Assembly (NCBI GenBank): GCA_964494655.1
Contig: CAZBRM010000004.1
Span: 1-41,427 of the forward strand
Reading direction: 5' to 3'
DNA from: an uncultured Candidatus Saccharibacteria bacterium
Lineage (GTDB): Bacteria; Patescibacteriota; Minisyncoccia; Portnoybacterales; UBA2143
DNA length: 41,427 nucleotides
Part shown: in pieces, positions 29,797 through 39,647 of the stretch
Numbering within the stretch: the first letter of the stretch is position 1
Layout: each line of letters opens with the position of its first letter
Position numbers and translations under genes: made by a program
The notes under the pieces: model-generated
Told to the model about the DNA's origin: nothing
What the model saw: only the letters and a program-made list of their open reading frames with translations
Database searches by the model: none

Positions 29797-32196
29797 TTAG
29801 ACCACTAAATTAATTAATCTATTTGGTACGTATATAATCTTTTTCGGCTTTTTATTGTTCAGCCATTTTTTAACTTTATCCTGTGATAAGGTTATTTTTT
29901 TTACTTTTTCTTCAGAAATATTCATTTCAACTTCTATTTTATCTCTAACTTTGCCATTAATTTGGATAATTAATTGGCAGGTCTGCTCCTGAATTAATTT
30001 TTTATCATACTCCGGCCATTTTTCTAAAAAAATACTTTTTTTGTTTCCTAATTTCTCCCACAATTCTTCAGTAATATGAGGCGCAAAGGGTGATAACAAC
30101 TTTAAAAACATTTGGGCATTTTTTTTAGATAAAATCATTTCTTGCGCCTGCCATTTATTTGTAAATTCCATCATCATAGCAATCGCTGTATTAAATTTCA
30201 TATCTTCAAAATCATCACTTACTTTTTTAGTTACTTGATGTAATTTACTGGTTAATTCTTTACTTGTTATTGACCCTATTTTTTCTTGATTATTAAATAT
30301 CTGCCAAATTTTATTTAAGAAACGAAAACATCCTTGCAATCCTTTGGTGCTCCAATTAATTGTTTGATCAAAAGGCCCCATAAACATTTCGTAAACACGT
30401 AAAGCATCTGCGCCGTATTCTTTTATAACATCATCAGGATTAATAACATTATCAAAGCTCTTGCTCATTTTTCGACTATCTTCAGCTAAAACTACACCAT
30501 GAGAATAACGACGCTGATATGGTTCTGCTGTTGGAACTAGTTTTAAATCATAGAGAAACTTATGCCAGAAACGAGAATAAAGTAAATGCAAGGTTGTATG
30601 CTCCATTCCGCCATTGTATAAATCAACAGGCAACCAATATTTTAATTTTTTAAAATCGGCAAATTTCTTATTATTCTTCGGATCAATATATCTCAAAAAA
30701 TACCATGAAGAGCCAGCCCAATTAGGCATAGTATCGGTTTCTCTTTTAGCCGGACCCTTGCATTTTGGACATTTTGTTTCAACCCAATCCTTTATTTTAG
30801 CTAAAGGTGATTCGCCTGTTTTGCTTGGTTCGTATTTTTTTACATATGGAAGTTTAACCGGTAAATTTTTTTCATTAACTGGAACAACGCCGCATTTATG
30901 ACAATGGATAATTGGAATTGGTTCTCCCCAATAATGCTGTCTAGAAAATATCCAATCTCTTAATTTATATTGAACCGTTTTTTTACCAAGATTTTTTTTA
31001 GTCAACCATTGAGTAATTTTTTTTATAGCTTCTTCTGAAGATAATCCGTTAAATTTTTCTGAATTAATTAGTTTGCCATAATCAACATACGCTTCTTTTG
31101 AAATATCACCACCGGAAACCACTTCTTTAATTTCTACTTTATATTTCTTAGCAAACTGATAATCACGTTTATCATGAGCAGGAACAATCATCACAGCGCC
31201 TCCTCCATAAGTGGCAATAACATAATCACTAACCCAGATAGGAATTTTTTCATTATTGACAGGATTAATACAATAAGATCCAGTAAAAACTCCTGTTTTC
31301 TCTTTTTCTAATTGAGTTCTTTCAAATTCACTTTTCTTTTTTGATTCTAAAACATATTTTTCAACAGCTTTTTTATTTTCATCAAGAGTCAATTCTTTAA
31401 CTAAAGAATGTTCAGGCGCTAGAACCATGGCTGTGATGCCAAAAACAGTATCTGCTCTGGTTGTAAAAACAGCAATCTTTTCTAAAGAATCAGCAACTTT
31501 AAAATTAATTTCTGTCCCATAGCTTCTGCCAATCCAATTAATTTGTTGAATTTTTATTTTCTCTACATAATCAACTTTATCTAAATCTTCAATTAATCTA
31601 TCTGCATATTTAGTAATTTTAAGCATCCATTGCTTAATTGTTTTCTTTTCTGTCTGCGCACCGCAACGTTCGCATTTTCCACTAATTACTTCTTCGTTAG
31701 CTAAGCCAATTTTACAGCTTGGACACCAATTAATCGGCATTTCTGCCTGATAAGCTAACCCCTTCTTAAAAAACTGCAAAAATATCCACTGAGACCATTT
31801 ATAATAATTAGGATCAGTTGAATTAATTTCTCTGGACCAATCAAAAGAAAGCCCAAGAGAATTCATTTGTTTTTTAAAAATTTTAATATTAGCTTGAGTT
31901 ATTTTGGCAGGATGTATTCCTGTTTTAATCGCATAATTTTCAGTAGGCAAACCGAAAGCATCCCAGCCCATAGGATAAAGCACATTAAATCCTTCCATTC
32001 TTTTCTTACGCGCTAAAGCATCTAAAGCGCTGTAACTTCGAACATGGCCTATATGTAAACCATCACCCGAAGAATAAGGAAATTCCACCATTATGTACTT
32101 TTTTGGCTTTTTAGAAAAATCAATGGCTTTATACAAATCCTGCCCTTCCCATTTCTTCTGCCACTTTTTTTCTATTTTTTGTGGATTATATTTCAT
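29797..32196 (-). CDS. leuS: leucine--tRNA ligase
   Basis: HIGHV and KMSKS motifs. Start is placed at MKYNPQKIEKKWQ (32196), which avoids overlap with tatD. The track start is 32256. Confidence 0.9.
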   Translation of the reverse strand: MKYNPQKIEKKWQKKWEGQDLYKAIDFSKKPKKYIMVEFPYSSGDGLHIGHVRSYSALDALARKKRMEGFNVLYPMGWDAFGLPTENYAIKTGIHPAKITQANIKIFKKQMNSLGLSFDWSREINSTDPNYYKWSQWIFLQFFKKGLAYQAEMPINWCPSCKIGLANEEVISGKCERCGAQTEKKTIKQWMLKITKYADRLIEDLDKVDYVEKIKIQQINWIGRSYGTEINFKVADSLEKIAVFTTRADTVFGITAMVLAPEHSLVKELTLDENKKAVEKYVLESKKKSEFERTQLEKEKTGVFTGSYCINPVNNEKIPIWVSDYVIATYGGGAVMIVPAHDKRDYQFAKKYKVEIKEVVSGGDISKEAYVDYGKLINSEKFNGLSSEEAIKKITQWLTKKNLGKKTVQYKLRDWIFSRQHYWGEPIPIIHCHKCGVVPVNEKNLPVKLPYVKKYEPSKTGESPLAKIKDWVETKCPKCKGPAKRETDTMPNWAGSSWYFLRYIDPKNNKKFADFKKLKYWLPVDLYNGGMEHTTLHLLYSRFWHKFLYDLKLVPTAEPYQRRYSHGVVLAEDSRKMSKSFDNVINPDDVIKEYGADALRVYEMFMGPFDQTINWSTKGLQGCFRFLNKIWQIFNNQEKIGSITSKELTSKLHQVTKKVSDDFEDMKFNTAIAMMMEFTNKWQAQEMILSKKNAQMFLKLLSPFAPHITEELWEKLGNKKSIFLEKWPEYDKKLIQEQTCQLIIQINGKVRDKIEVEMNISEEKVKKITLSQDKVKKWLNNKKPKKIIYVPNRLINLVV

Positions 32197-32200
32197 ATTT

Positions 32201-33058
32201 TCATATCCCAAACAATTCTTTTGCATTTTTTGTTGTTTGCTCGGCAACTTGTTCAAACTTTATTTTTTTTATCTCAGCTATTTTTTCTGCTATGTATTTT
32301 ACATAAACTGGTTCATTTCTCTCCTCACGATGCAATTCTGGAGTTAAATAAGGCGCGTCTGTTTCCAAAACAATCTTATCTAAAGGCAGTTTTTCAATAA
32401 CCTTATCATAACTGCGGGCGTAAGTAATTAATCCGTTAAAACTGATATAGAATCCCATATCTATTAATTTTTCTGCTTGAGACCAACGTCCCACAAAGCA
32501 GTGAACGACGCCTCTTAATCCAGGTGAGCAAGAATGAGGGCAATGAGCGCATCCAAAACTAAACATAGTTAATAATTCAATTAAATCATTATAAGCTTTA
32601 CGGCAATGAATGCAAATTGGCTTATCTATTTGCTGAGCCAGTTCAATTTGTTCTAAAAAAATCTGTTTTTGTTTGTTTTTTTCCTCTTCTGAAATACCAT
32701 CGTAATAATCTAAACCTATCTCTCCTACAGCTACAGTTTTTGGATTTTTTAATAATTTTTTGTATTTTTCGCTATCAAATTCTTCAAATTCCCTTTCTTC
32801 GCCTTTTTCCCACTCAGTTTCCTTTTTTGTTTTTTTAAAAACATGACTTGGATGTAAACCAACTATAGCATAAACGCCTTCTTTGTATTTCTCAGCATAT
32901 TTAACAGCCCGCTTACTAGTACTATACTGCGCGCCTACATTAATAACCCAAATATTTTTATCTAAAGCACGCTCAATTACTTCATCTCCATCTTTTTTAA
33001 ATGCATTAAAATTAACATGCGCATGCGTGTCTATTAATAAAGGTTTTTTCATATTCAC
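32201..33058 (-). CDS. TatD family metal-dependent hydrolase
   Basis: IDTHAHV, GEIGLDY, IHCR, VVHCF and ETDAPYL motifs. Confidence 0.85.
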   Translation of the reverse strand: MNMKKPLLIDTHAHVNFNAFKKDGDEVIERALDKNIWVINVGAQYSTSKRAVKYAEKYKEGVYAIVGLHPSHVFKKTKKETEWEKGEEREFEEFDSEKYKKLLKNPKTVAVGEIGLDYYDGISEEEKNKQKQIFLEQIELAQQIDKPICIHCRKAYNDLIELLTMFSFGCAHCPHSCSPGLRGVVHCFVGRWSQAEKLIDMGFYISFNGLITYARSYDKVIEKLPLDKIVLETDAPYLTPELHREERNEPVYVKYIAEKIAEIKKIKFEQVAEQTTKNAKELFGI

Positions 33059-33116
33059 TTATCATAATCTATTTAAAACCTATTTTCAAGTTAAAATCTC
33101 TGGTATAATAGAATAT

Positions 33117-33752
33117 ATGAAAAAGACAACAATTATTATCTTATTAATCATTCTTGCGTCTTTTGCTTTAGCCTTTTATTTTTATCCGCAAATGCCGGAT
33201 AAAATGGCTTCGCATTGGAATGCCCAAGGCCAAGTTGATGATTATATGTCAAAATGCTGGGGCTTATTTTTAATGCCTTTAATATCCTTAGGTCTATTTA
33301 TACTTTTCCTTTTAATTCCTATAATAGACCCGTTAAAAAAGAACATTGAGAAATTCAGAAAATATTTTGATTGGTTTATTGTTTTAATTATTGCTTTTCT
33401 CTTTTATATCTACCTACTAACTATATTCTGGAATTTTGGATATAAATTTGATATGGGGATGATGATGATTCCGGCAATTGCTGTCTTATTCTATTTTATT
33501 GGCATTATGTTAAAACATGCCAGAAGAAACTGGTTTATTGGAATCAGAACGCCTTGGACTTTAAGCAATGATATTGTCTGGGATAAAACTCATCAATTAG
33601 GAAGTAAGTTATTTAAAATATCAGCAATAATCGCTTTATTTGGAATGATATTCAGCAAATATGCAATATGGATTGCAATAATACCGATACTTGCCTCTGT
33701 AATTTATATAATAATTTATTCTTATTTTGCGTATAAAAAGGACAGTCCTTAA
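33117..33752 (+). CDS. SdpI/YhfL-like membrane protein (DUF1648 plus SdpI-type)
   Basis: Start at MKKTTIII (33117). PDKMASHWNAQGQVDDYMSK and NWFIGIRTPWTL are typical of the family. Confidence 0.65.
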   Translation: MKKTTIIILLIILASFALAFYFYPQMPDKMASHWNAQGQVDDYMSKCWGLFLMPLISLGLFILFLLIPIIDPLKKNIEKFRKYFDWFIVLIIAFLFYIYLLTIFWNFGYKFDMGMMMIPAIAVLFYFIGIMLKHARRNWFIGIRTPWTLSNDIVWDKTHQLGSKLFKISAIIALFGMIFSKYAIWIAIIPILASVIYIIIYSYFAYKKDSP

Positions 33753-33783
33753 AAATGATGTCATTTTTAAGGACTGTCCTTTT
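33736..33783. terminator. 48-bp near-perfect palindrome, a bidirectional terminator between convergent genes
   Basis: AAAAGGACAGTCCTTAAAAATGA-TG-TCATTTTTAAGGACTGTCCTTTT. It overlaps the last codons of the SdpI-like gene. Confidence 0.7.
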
Positions 33784-33798
33784 ATCTCTCTTATGCAC

Positions 33799-35229
33799 TT
33801 ACAATCGTGGAAATAATGCCTCGGTTTTTTTGTTTTGTTTAATTTGCTCTAAAATCTTTTCTGATGTTTCCGGCATAAACGGCTCTAATAAATCAGTAAT
33901 TTCTTCTATAACCGTTAATAACTGCCCTAAAACTTTTTTAGCTTTATCTTGATTATTTTTAATCAATTTCCATGGCTTGTTTTTCTCAATATACTCATCG
34001 CAAAAACTAATCAATTGCCAAATTGACTCTAAGGCCTCATTAAATTTAATATCCTTAATTGCTTTGTGATATTTTTCTTGAACTAATTTAATCTCTGAAT
34101 CAAATTCTTTATTTGCTTTTTCTGCTTTAGCTCCAACTTTTTCCGAAAGAGTTAAAACTCTACTAACTAAATTTCCTAATCCATTAGCTAAATCAGAATT
34201 ATATCTCTCTTCTAAACGCTTAATACTAAAATCACCATCACTTCCAAAAGAAATTTCTCTTAAAAGAAAATATCTAACTACATCTGCTCCATATTTATCA
34301 ACTAAATAAACTGGATCAATGATATTACCCAACGTTTTGCTCATTTTTTGCCCATTAATTGTAAAAAATCCATGAACAAATATCTTTTTAGGCAATTTTA
34401 ATCCTGTAGCTAAAAGTAGAGCAGGCCAGAAAATAGCATGGAATTTAACAATGTCTTTGGCAATTAAGTGAAGATTAGCTGGCCAATACTTTTTAAACTC
34501 TTTAGAGTCGTCTCCATAGCCAATAGCAGTGATATAATTTTGAAGAGCCTCCACCCAGACATAAACACGATTTTTCTTATCAAAAGGCAAATCAATACCC
34601 CATTTTACTTTTTCCCGCGAGATAGAGAAATTGCCTAAATCTTGTTTTAACAAAGATAAAACTTCTTTTTTACGCTCTTCTGGTTCAATTATCAATTTAT
34701 TACTTTCAATAAGTTTCTTTACTTGAGGCAGAAAATCATTAAGTTTAAAAAAATAGTTTGTTTCTGAAATTAATTCTGGCTCTTTTTGATGGTCAGGACA
34801 TTTACCATCAACTAATTCTTTTTTAGTAATAAACTTTTCACATCCAGTACAATATAATCCTCTATATTCATCCTGATAAATTTTACCGCTTTCTTTTAAT
34901 TTTAATAAAAATTTTTCTACTCCTTTCTTGTGTTTCTCGTCTGTTGTTCTAATAAAATCATCATAAGAAATATTTAATTTTTTCCATGCTTTCTTGAATG
35001 ATTCGGATATTTCATCAACAAATTCCTGCGGCATCTTGCCTGCCCTTTCTGCCGCCTGAGCAATTTTTTCTCCATGTTCGTCTGTACCAGTCAAAAAGAA
35101 AACATCTTCACCTAATTTGCGATGATAACGAGCTAAAACATCAGCTGCTACAGTAGTATAAGCTGTTCCCACATGGGCAGTCTGATTAGTATAATAGATA
35201 GGAGTGGTGATATAAAATTTATTTTTCAT
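33799..35229 (-). CDS. metG: methionine--tRNA ligase
   Basis: HVGTAYT (HIGH-type) and KMSKT motifs, and a zinc knuckle CTGC...CPDH. Confidence 0.9.
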   Translation of the reverse strand: MKNKFYITTPIYYTNQTAHVGTAYTTVAADVLARYHRKLGEDVFFLTGTDEHGEKIAQAAERAGKMPQEFVDEISESFKKAWKKLNISYDDFIRTTDEKHKKGVEKFLLKLKESGKIYQDEYRGLYCTGCEKFITKKELVDGKCPDHQKEPELISETNYFFKLNDFLPQVKKLIESNKLIIEPEERKKEVLSLLKQDLGNFSISREKVKWGIDLPFDKKNRVYVWVEALQNYITAIGYGDDSKEFKKYWPANLHLIAKDIVKFHAIFWPALLLATGLKLPKKIFVHGFFTINGQKMSKTLGNIIDPVYLVDKYGADVVRYFLLREISFGSDGDFSIKRLEERYNSDLANGLGNLVSRVLTLSEKVGAKAEKANKEFDSEIKLVQEKYHKAIKDIKFNEALESIWQLISFCDEYIEKNKPWKLIKNNQDKAKKVLGQLLTVIEEITDLLEPFMPETSEKILEQIKQNKKTEALFPRL

Positions 35230-35230
35230 A

Positions 35231-35911
35231 TTATTTATTTTCAGTGACTATAACAAATTCTCCTTTGAATTCTTCTTTGGGCAACGAATTAATTTGCTCA
35301 ATAATCTTTTCTATGCTTCCTCGATAAACTGTTTCAAATTTTTTAGTCAATTCGCGACAAATAACAATTCTTCTCTCATCTTCTAAGACATTTTTTAATT
35401 CTTCTAGTGTTTTTTTAATTCTATGAATAGACTCATAAAAAACAACTGTCTTTTTTTCTTTTGAAACTTCTCGAAAGAATTTATTTCTTTTTTTCTTATT
35501 AGGCGGAAATCCAAAAAAAACAAACTTATCAGCTGAAAATCCTGAAATACTTAAAGCAGATATTAAAGCTGATGGTCCTGGGATAGAAATAATTTTCAAA
35601 TCTGGCAAATTTGTAAGCAAGTAATTAATTAATTTTGCTCCTGGATCGCTAATACATGGAGTACCCGCGTCTGAAACTAGAGCTATTTCATTACCTTGCT
35701 CAATTTGTTTTAAAATATATTCCAATTTAGTTAATTTGCTATGTTGGTGGTAACTGATTGTATTCTTGGATATTTGAAAATGCGCTAATAATTTTTTAGT
35801 TACGCGAGTATCTTCACAAAGAATTAAATCAACTTCTTTTAAAATTTTTATTGCCCGAGAAGACAAATCATCTAAATTACCAATAGGAGTAGCAATGATA
35901 TATAAAGACAT
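35231..35911 (-). CDS. rsmI: 16S rRNA (cytidine1402-2'-O)-methyltransferase
   Basis: TPIGNLDDLS, CEDTR and SDAGTPCISDPG motifs. Confidence 0.85.
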   Translation of the reverse strand: MSLYIIATPIGNLDDLSSRAIKILKEVDLILCEDTRVTKKLLAHFQISKNTISYHQHSKLTKLEYILKQIEQGNEIALVSDAGTPCISDPGAKLINYLLTNLPDLKIISIPGPSALISALSISGFSADKFVFFGFPPNKKKRNKFFREVSKEKKTVVFYESIHRIKKTLEELKNVLEDERRIVICRELTKKFETVYRGSIEKIIEQINSLPKEEFKGEFVIVTENK

Positions 35912-35925
35912 AATACTATTGTATA

Positions 35926-35953
35926 TAAAAACCGCCCACTTTTACAAGGACGG
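35926..35953 (-). terminator. hairpin downstream of the AI-2E family gene
   Basis: Minus strand CCGTCC-N10-GGGCGG followed by TTTTTATAT. Confidence 0.45.
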
Positions 35954-35981
35954 AAATTTGTAATCAACAAATAATAAAAAA

Positions 35982-36998
35982 TTAAGCGTCCTTTTTCCTG
36001 ATATCTTTTAAAAACTCTGCCACAGATGCTGTTAATGGAACTGCTAGAATAAGTCCTAAAACTCCTGCTAATTTAGCGCCAATAAGCATAACCACTATAA
36101 TAACAATTGGATTCAAGCCAACTGCTTTTTTCATTACCTGAGGAACAATAACATAATTTTCTAGCTGTTGAATAACAACATAAAGAACAACAACTAACAA
36201 AGCTAAAAGTGGAGACACTAAAAAGGCCAAGATAACAGCCGGAATGGCGGCGATAATAGGACCGATATAAGGAATAATTTCAAATAAGCCAGCTATCAGA
36301 GCTAAAATTAAAACATAAGGAACATTTAAAAAATATAGTCCGATAAATGTTAAACAGCCAATAATAAACATCAACAATAATTGTCCTCTTAGCCAACTTC
36401 CTATTTTTACCTGAATACGATCAATTAAGTCAGAAATATAATGCTGATGATCTTCCGGCGTCAATGAAATTAAAAACTTCTTTACTCCTTTTTCCTGTAC
36501 AGCTAAATAAAAAGAGATAACTAAGACAATCATAGCTGAAAACAAACCTCCAAATAAACCAATAATAGTAGCAAAAAAGCTTGAAGTCGCCTCTGTTAAT
36601 CTACCGCTTATTTTATAAAGAAGATTCTGCAGATTGCCCTCAATTTGATATTTACCCCATAATTCATTAACGCTTAACCCTATCTTTTCCATAAAATCAG
36701 GAAAATGATTAGTTAATTCCTTAATTTGTTCAGCTAATGGAGGAAAAATTAAGGTGACGACTAAAGCTAAAAACAATAAAACAAGAAGATAAATAAAGAT
36801 TACTCCAAGAATGCGCGGAACCTTATGTCGTTGCAACCAACTTACTGGTCCGTTAATGGCTGCGGCAATAATAACCGCAACAAAAACAATAATAAGAATA
36901 TCTCTGATTAAATATAAAAAAACCAACCCTAATAATATCAGAATAATCCGAAAAATAGTTGATGTAGAAATATTAATTGTCTGTGAAGTATTATTCAT
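35982..36998 (-). CDS. AI-2E family transporter (PerM/UPF0118)
   Basis: About 8 TM helices, with ...EIIPYIGPIIAAIP... typical of the family. Confidence 0.75.
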   Translation of the reverse strand: MNNTSQTINISTSTIFRIILILLGLVFLYLIRDILIIVFVAVIIAAAINGPVSWLQRHKVPRILGVIFIYLLVLLFLALVVTLIFPPLAEQIKELTNHFPDFMEKIGLSVNELWGKYQIEGNLQNLLYKISGRLTEATSSFFATIIGLFGGLFSAMIVLVISFYLAVQEKGVKKFLISLTPEDHQHYISDLIDRIQVKIGSWLRGQLLLMFIIGCLTFIGLYFLNVPYVLILALIAGLFEIIPYIGPIIAAIPAVILAFLVSPLLALLVVVLYVVIQQLENYVIVPQVMKKAVGLNPIVIIVVMLIGAKLAGVLGLILAVPLTASVAEFLKDIRKKDA

Positions 36999-36999
36999 T

Positions 37000-38268
37000 T
37001 TAAATTTTCAATAATTTATCAAATTTATTTTTATCCTTGAATGGCCCGATTAATGCTAAATTAAGTTTTTCCGGCTTAAAAATATCTTTAGCTACTCTTT
37101 GAATATCATTAATCGTTACTTTATCTATTTTACTGAATTTTTCCTCTAATGTCAAAATCTCACCTGTTAAGAGTTCTTGAGAAGCATAAAATGAAGCCTG
37201 CTCATCTGACGCTTCCATACCAATTAAAGCTGATCCTTTAATGTGGTCTTTGGCCTTTTTTAATTCTTTTGGCCCGACTTTCTGCTTAGTGATTTTTTTA
37301 AATTCTTCTAAAATAGTTTTAATAGCTCTATCAACTTTTTGATTATCAACCCCTGAACTAGCAGCTAAATAACCAACATCTGTATCCATATCTGCTCCAG
37401 CTCTAATATAATAGGCTAGACCCTGTCTCTCTCTAATAGAAATAAACAAACGAGAACTCATATATCCTCCTAAAATATCTCCTAGAATACTCAAAGCGTA
37501 TCTATCTGGATGGAACATATTATACGCTCTAACTCCTAAAATTAAATGTGTCTGATCAGTTTTCTTATAATGAACCAATGTTTGCGGTTTAGTCTGTTTT
37601 TCTTTAACTAGTAATTTGTTCTTAATTTTATATTCATTAATTTTTTGAAAATATTTCTTAATTTTATTAATAGTTTCTTCCTGATTAATATTTCCTGCTA
37701 CAGCAATAACAGTATTTTTAGCAGAATAGTGATTTTTAAGGTAGTTTATAAAATCATTTCTTTGGATACTTTTAACTGTATTTTCTGTGCCAGCAATATC
37801 CCAACCAGCCGGTTGATCGCCATATAAAAGTTTAAGCCAAAGATTACTCACATAATGCATCGGCATATCTAAAATCATATTTATTTCTTGTAAAATAGTA
37901 CCGCGCTCTTTATTTATCTCTTTTGCATTAAAAAGTGAATTTAGATAAATATCAGAAACCCAATCAAGAGCTAAATCTAAATGACTAGCGTCAACTTTTG
38001 CCCAATAACCAGTATATTCCTGAGAAGTAAAAGCATTATAATGTCCTCCTATTTGATCTAACGGTTCAACTATTTTTATTGTGCTAGAACGCTTTTTCGT
38101 TCCTTTTAAAAGCATATGCTCTAAAAAATGAGAAATACCATTGATATCTTTGGTCTCATATTTAGAGCCAGTCCCAACTAATACCAAAACCGCCGCTGTT
38201 TTAGTGTTTTTAGCCGGAACAGTAAGAATTCTTAATCCATTTTTTAAAATTGTCTTTTTATAATTCAT
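37000..38268 (-). CDS. M16 family (pitrilysin-like) zinc peptidase
   Basis: Inverted zinc motif HFLEHM. Confidence 0.8.
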   Translation of the reverse strand: MNYKKTILKNGLRILTVPAKNTKTAAVLVLVGTGSKYETKDINGISHFLEHMLLKGTKKRSSTIKIVEPLDQIGGHYNAFTSQEYTGYWAKVDASHLDLALDWVSDIYLNSLFNAKEINKERGTILQEINMILDMPMHYVSNLWLKLLYGDQPAGWDIAGTENTVKSIQRNDFINYLKNHYSAKNTVIAVAGNINQEETINKIKKYFQKINEYKIKNKLLVKEKQTKPQTLVHYKKTDQTHLILGVRAYNMFHPDRYALSILGDILGGYMSSRLFISIRERQGLAYYIRAGADMDTDVGYLAASSGVDNQKVDRAIKTILEEFKKITKQKVGPKELKKAKDHIKGSALIGMEASDEQASFYASQELLTGEILTLEEKFSKIDKVTINDIQRVAKDIFKPEKLNLALIGPFKDKNKFDKLLKI

Positions 38269-39638
38269 TATAATTTATCTTTTAAATAATCCTTTAATTT
38301 CTCTATTTTTATTCTTTCTTGTTTCATAGTATCTCTATCGCGAACAGTAACATCATCGTTTTCTAAACTATCAAAATCAACCGTAACGCAATAAGGAGTT
38401 CCAATTTCGTCTTGACGGCGATATCTTTTTCCAATATTTCCGTTATCATCAAATTCACAAATAAAATCTGTTTTAAGATTATTAAAAATCTCTTTTGCTT
38501 TTTTAACTAATTTCGGCTTATTTCTTAAAAGAGGAAAAATTGCTGCTTTAACTGGCGCTAATTTTTTAGGAAATTTCATAACTATTCTAACGCCATCTTT
38601 TATTTTTTCTTCGGTATAGGCTTCGGTTAAAACAGCAAAGACAGTTCTGCCAACGCCAACTGACGATTCAATTATATGAGGAATGTATTTCTCTCCAGTT
38701 TTAAAGTCAATATATGATAAATCTTTACCAGAAAATTTAGTATGCTGCGATAAATCATAATTACCGCGAGCGTGAACACCTTCAAGTTCATCAAAGCCAA
38801 AAGGAAATTTGTAATCTATATCATAAGCCGCTTTAGCATAAAAAACTAGATTTTTATGCTTATTCCATTTTAGATTTCCCTTTTTTATTCCTAAGTCTAA
38901 ATAATATTGCCAACGAGCCTTTCTTAATTTTTCATATTCTTCCATTTCTTTATCTGGCTGAACAAAATATTGCATTTCCATTTGATCAAATTCGCGCGTC
39001 CTAAAAAGAAACTGACGAGCTGTTATCTCATTACGAAAAGCTTTACCAATCTGAGCAATACCAAATGGGATTTTAACTCTTGTTGAATCTAAAACATTTC
39101 TATAATTAACATAAATTCCCTGACATGTTTCTCCTCTAAGATAAACAGGCTTTTTGTCCCAGTCATCAGTAAAATTACCTAAATTAGATTTAACTAATAA
39201 ATTAAATTTTTTGGCTTCAGTAAAATTTTTTCTACCACAATTAGGACATTTTAATTTTTCTTTATTCTCTAAAAATATTTTATTAATTTCTTCTTCAAGC
39301 ATCTTTTCATCAGCTTCCACTCCAATTCCTTCTAATAAATGATCAACCCTAGAACGAGTATGGCAATCTTTGCATTCAACTAAGGGGTCTGAAAAACCAG
39401 ATACATGTCCGCTTGCTTCCCAAATTTTAGGATGCATAAAGATAGCTGAATCCAATCCAACAATATCACCTCTTAATTGAACCATTGTCCTCCACCATTC
39501 TCTCTTTATTGCATTGGCAAGCTCTACGCCATAAGGTCCGTAATCATAAACAGCAGCAAAACCGCCATAAATATCTGACGAAGGAAAAACAAACCCTCGT
39601 CTTTTGCAAAGTGATACAATTTTTTCCATAGTAACCAT
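38268..39638 (-). CDS. glyQS: glycine--tRNA ligase (single-chain GlyQS type)
   Basis: Class II core (FRNEITARQFLFRTREFDQME, GVGRTV) and an anticodon-binding C-terminus. Confidence 0.9.
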   Translation of the reverse strand: MVTMEKIVSLCKRRGFVFPSSDIYGGFAAVYDYGPYGVELANAIKREWWRTMVQLRGDIVGLDSAIFMHPKIWEASGHVSGFSDPLVECKDCHTRSRVDHLLEGIGVEADEKMLEEEINKIFLENKEKLKCPNCGRKNFTEAKKFNLLVKSNLGNFTDDWDKKPVYLRGETCQGIYVNYRNVLDSTRVKIPFGIAQIGKAFRNEITARQFLFRTREFDQMEMQYFVQPDKEMEEYEKLRKARWQYYLDLGIKKGNLKWNKHKNLVFYAKAAYDIDYKFPFGFDELEGVHARGNYDLSQHTKFSGKDLSYIDFKTGEKYIPHIIESSVGVGRTVFAVLTEAYTEEKIKDGVRIVMKFPKKLAPVKAAIFPLLRNKPKLVKKAKEIFNNLKTDFICEFDDNGNIGKRYRRQDEIGTPYCVTVDFDSLENDDVTVRDRDTMKQERIKIEKLKDYLKDKL

Positions 39639-39647
39639 AATAAATTA

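Noticed and set aside
32197-32256. 20-codon N-terminal extension of LeuS
   Set aside because: It would overlap the tatD 3' end. LeuRS homologues begin near MKYNPQKIEKKWQ.
32883-33116. 78-codon N-terminal extension of the SdpI-like protein
   Set aside because: It is antisense to the tatD 5' region. A canonical MKKTTIIILLII signal/TM start is at 33117.
28973-33952. ORFs 28973-29353, 30614-30901, 32093-32347, 32179-32400, 32617-32838 and 33755-33952
   Set aside because: They are antisense to tsaC, leuS, tatD and metG. Their products are low-complexity Phe/Leu/Ile-rich sequences.
36811-39342. ORFs 36811-37014, 37645-37827 and 39154-39342
   Set aside because: They are antisense to the AI-2E transporter, the M16 peptidase and glyQS.
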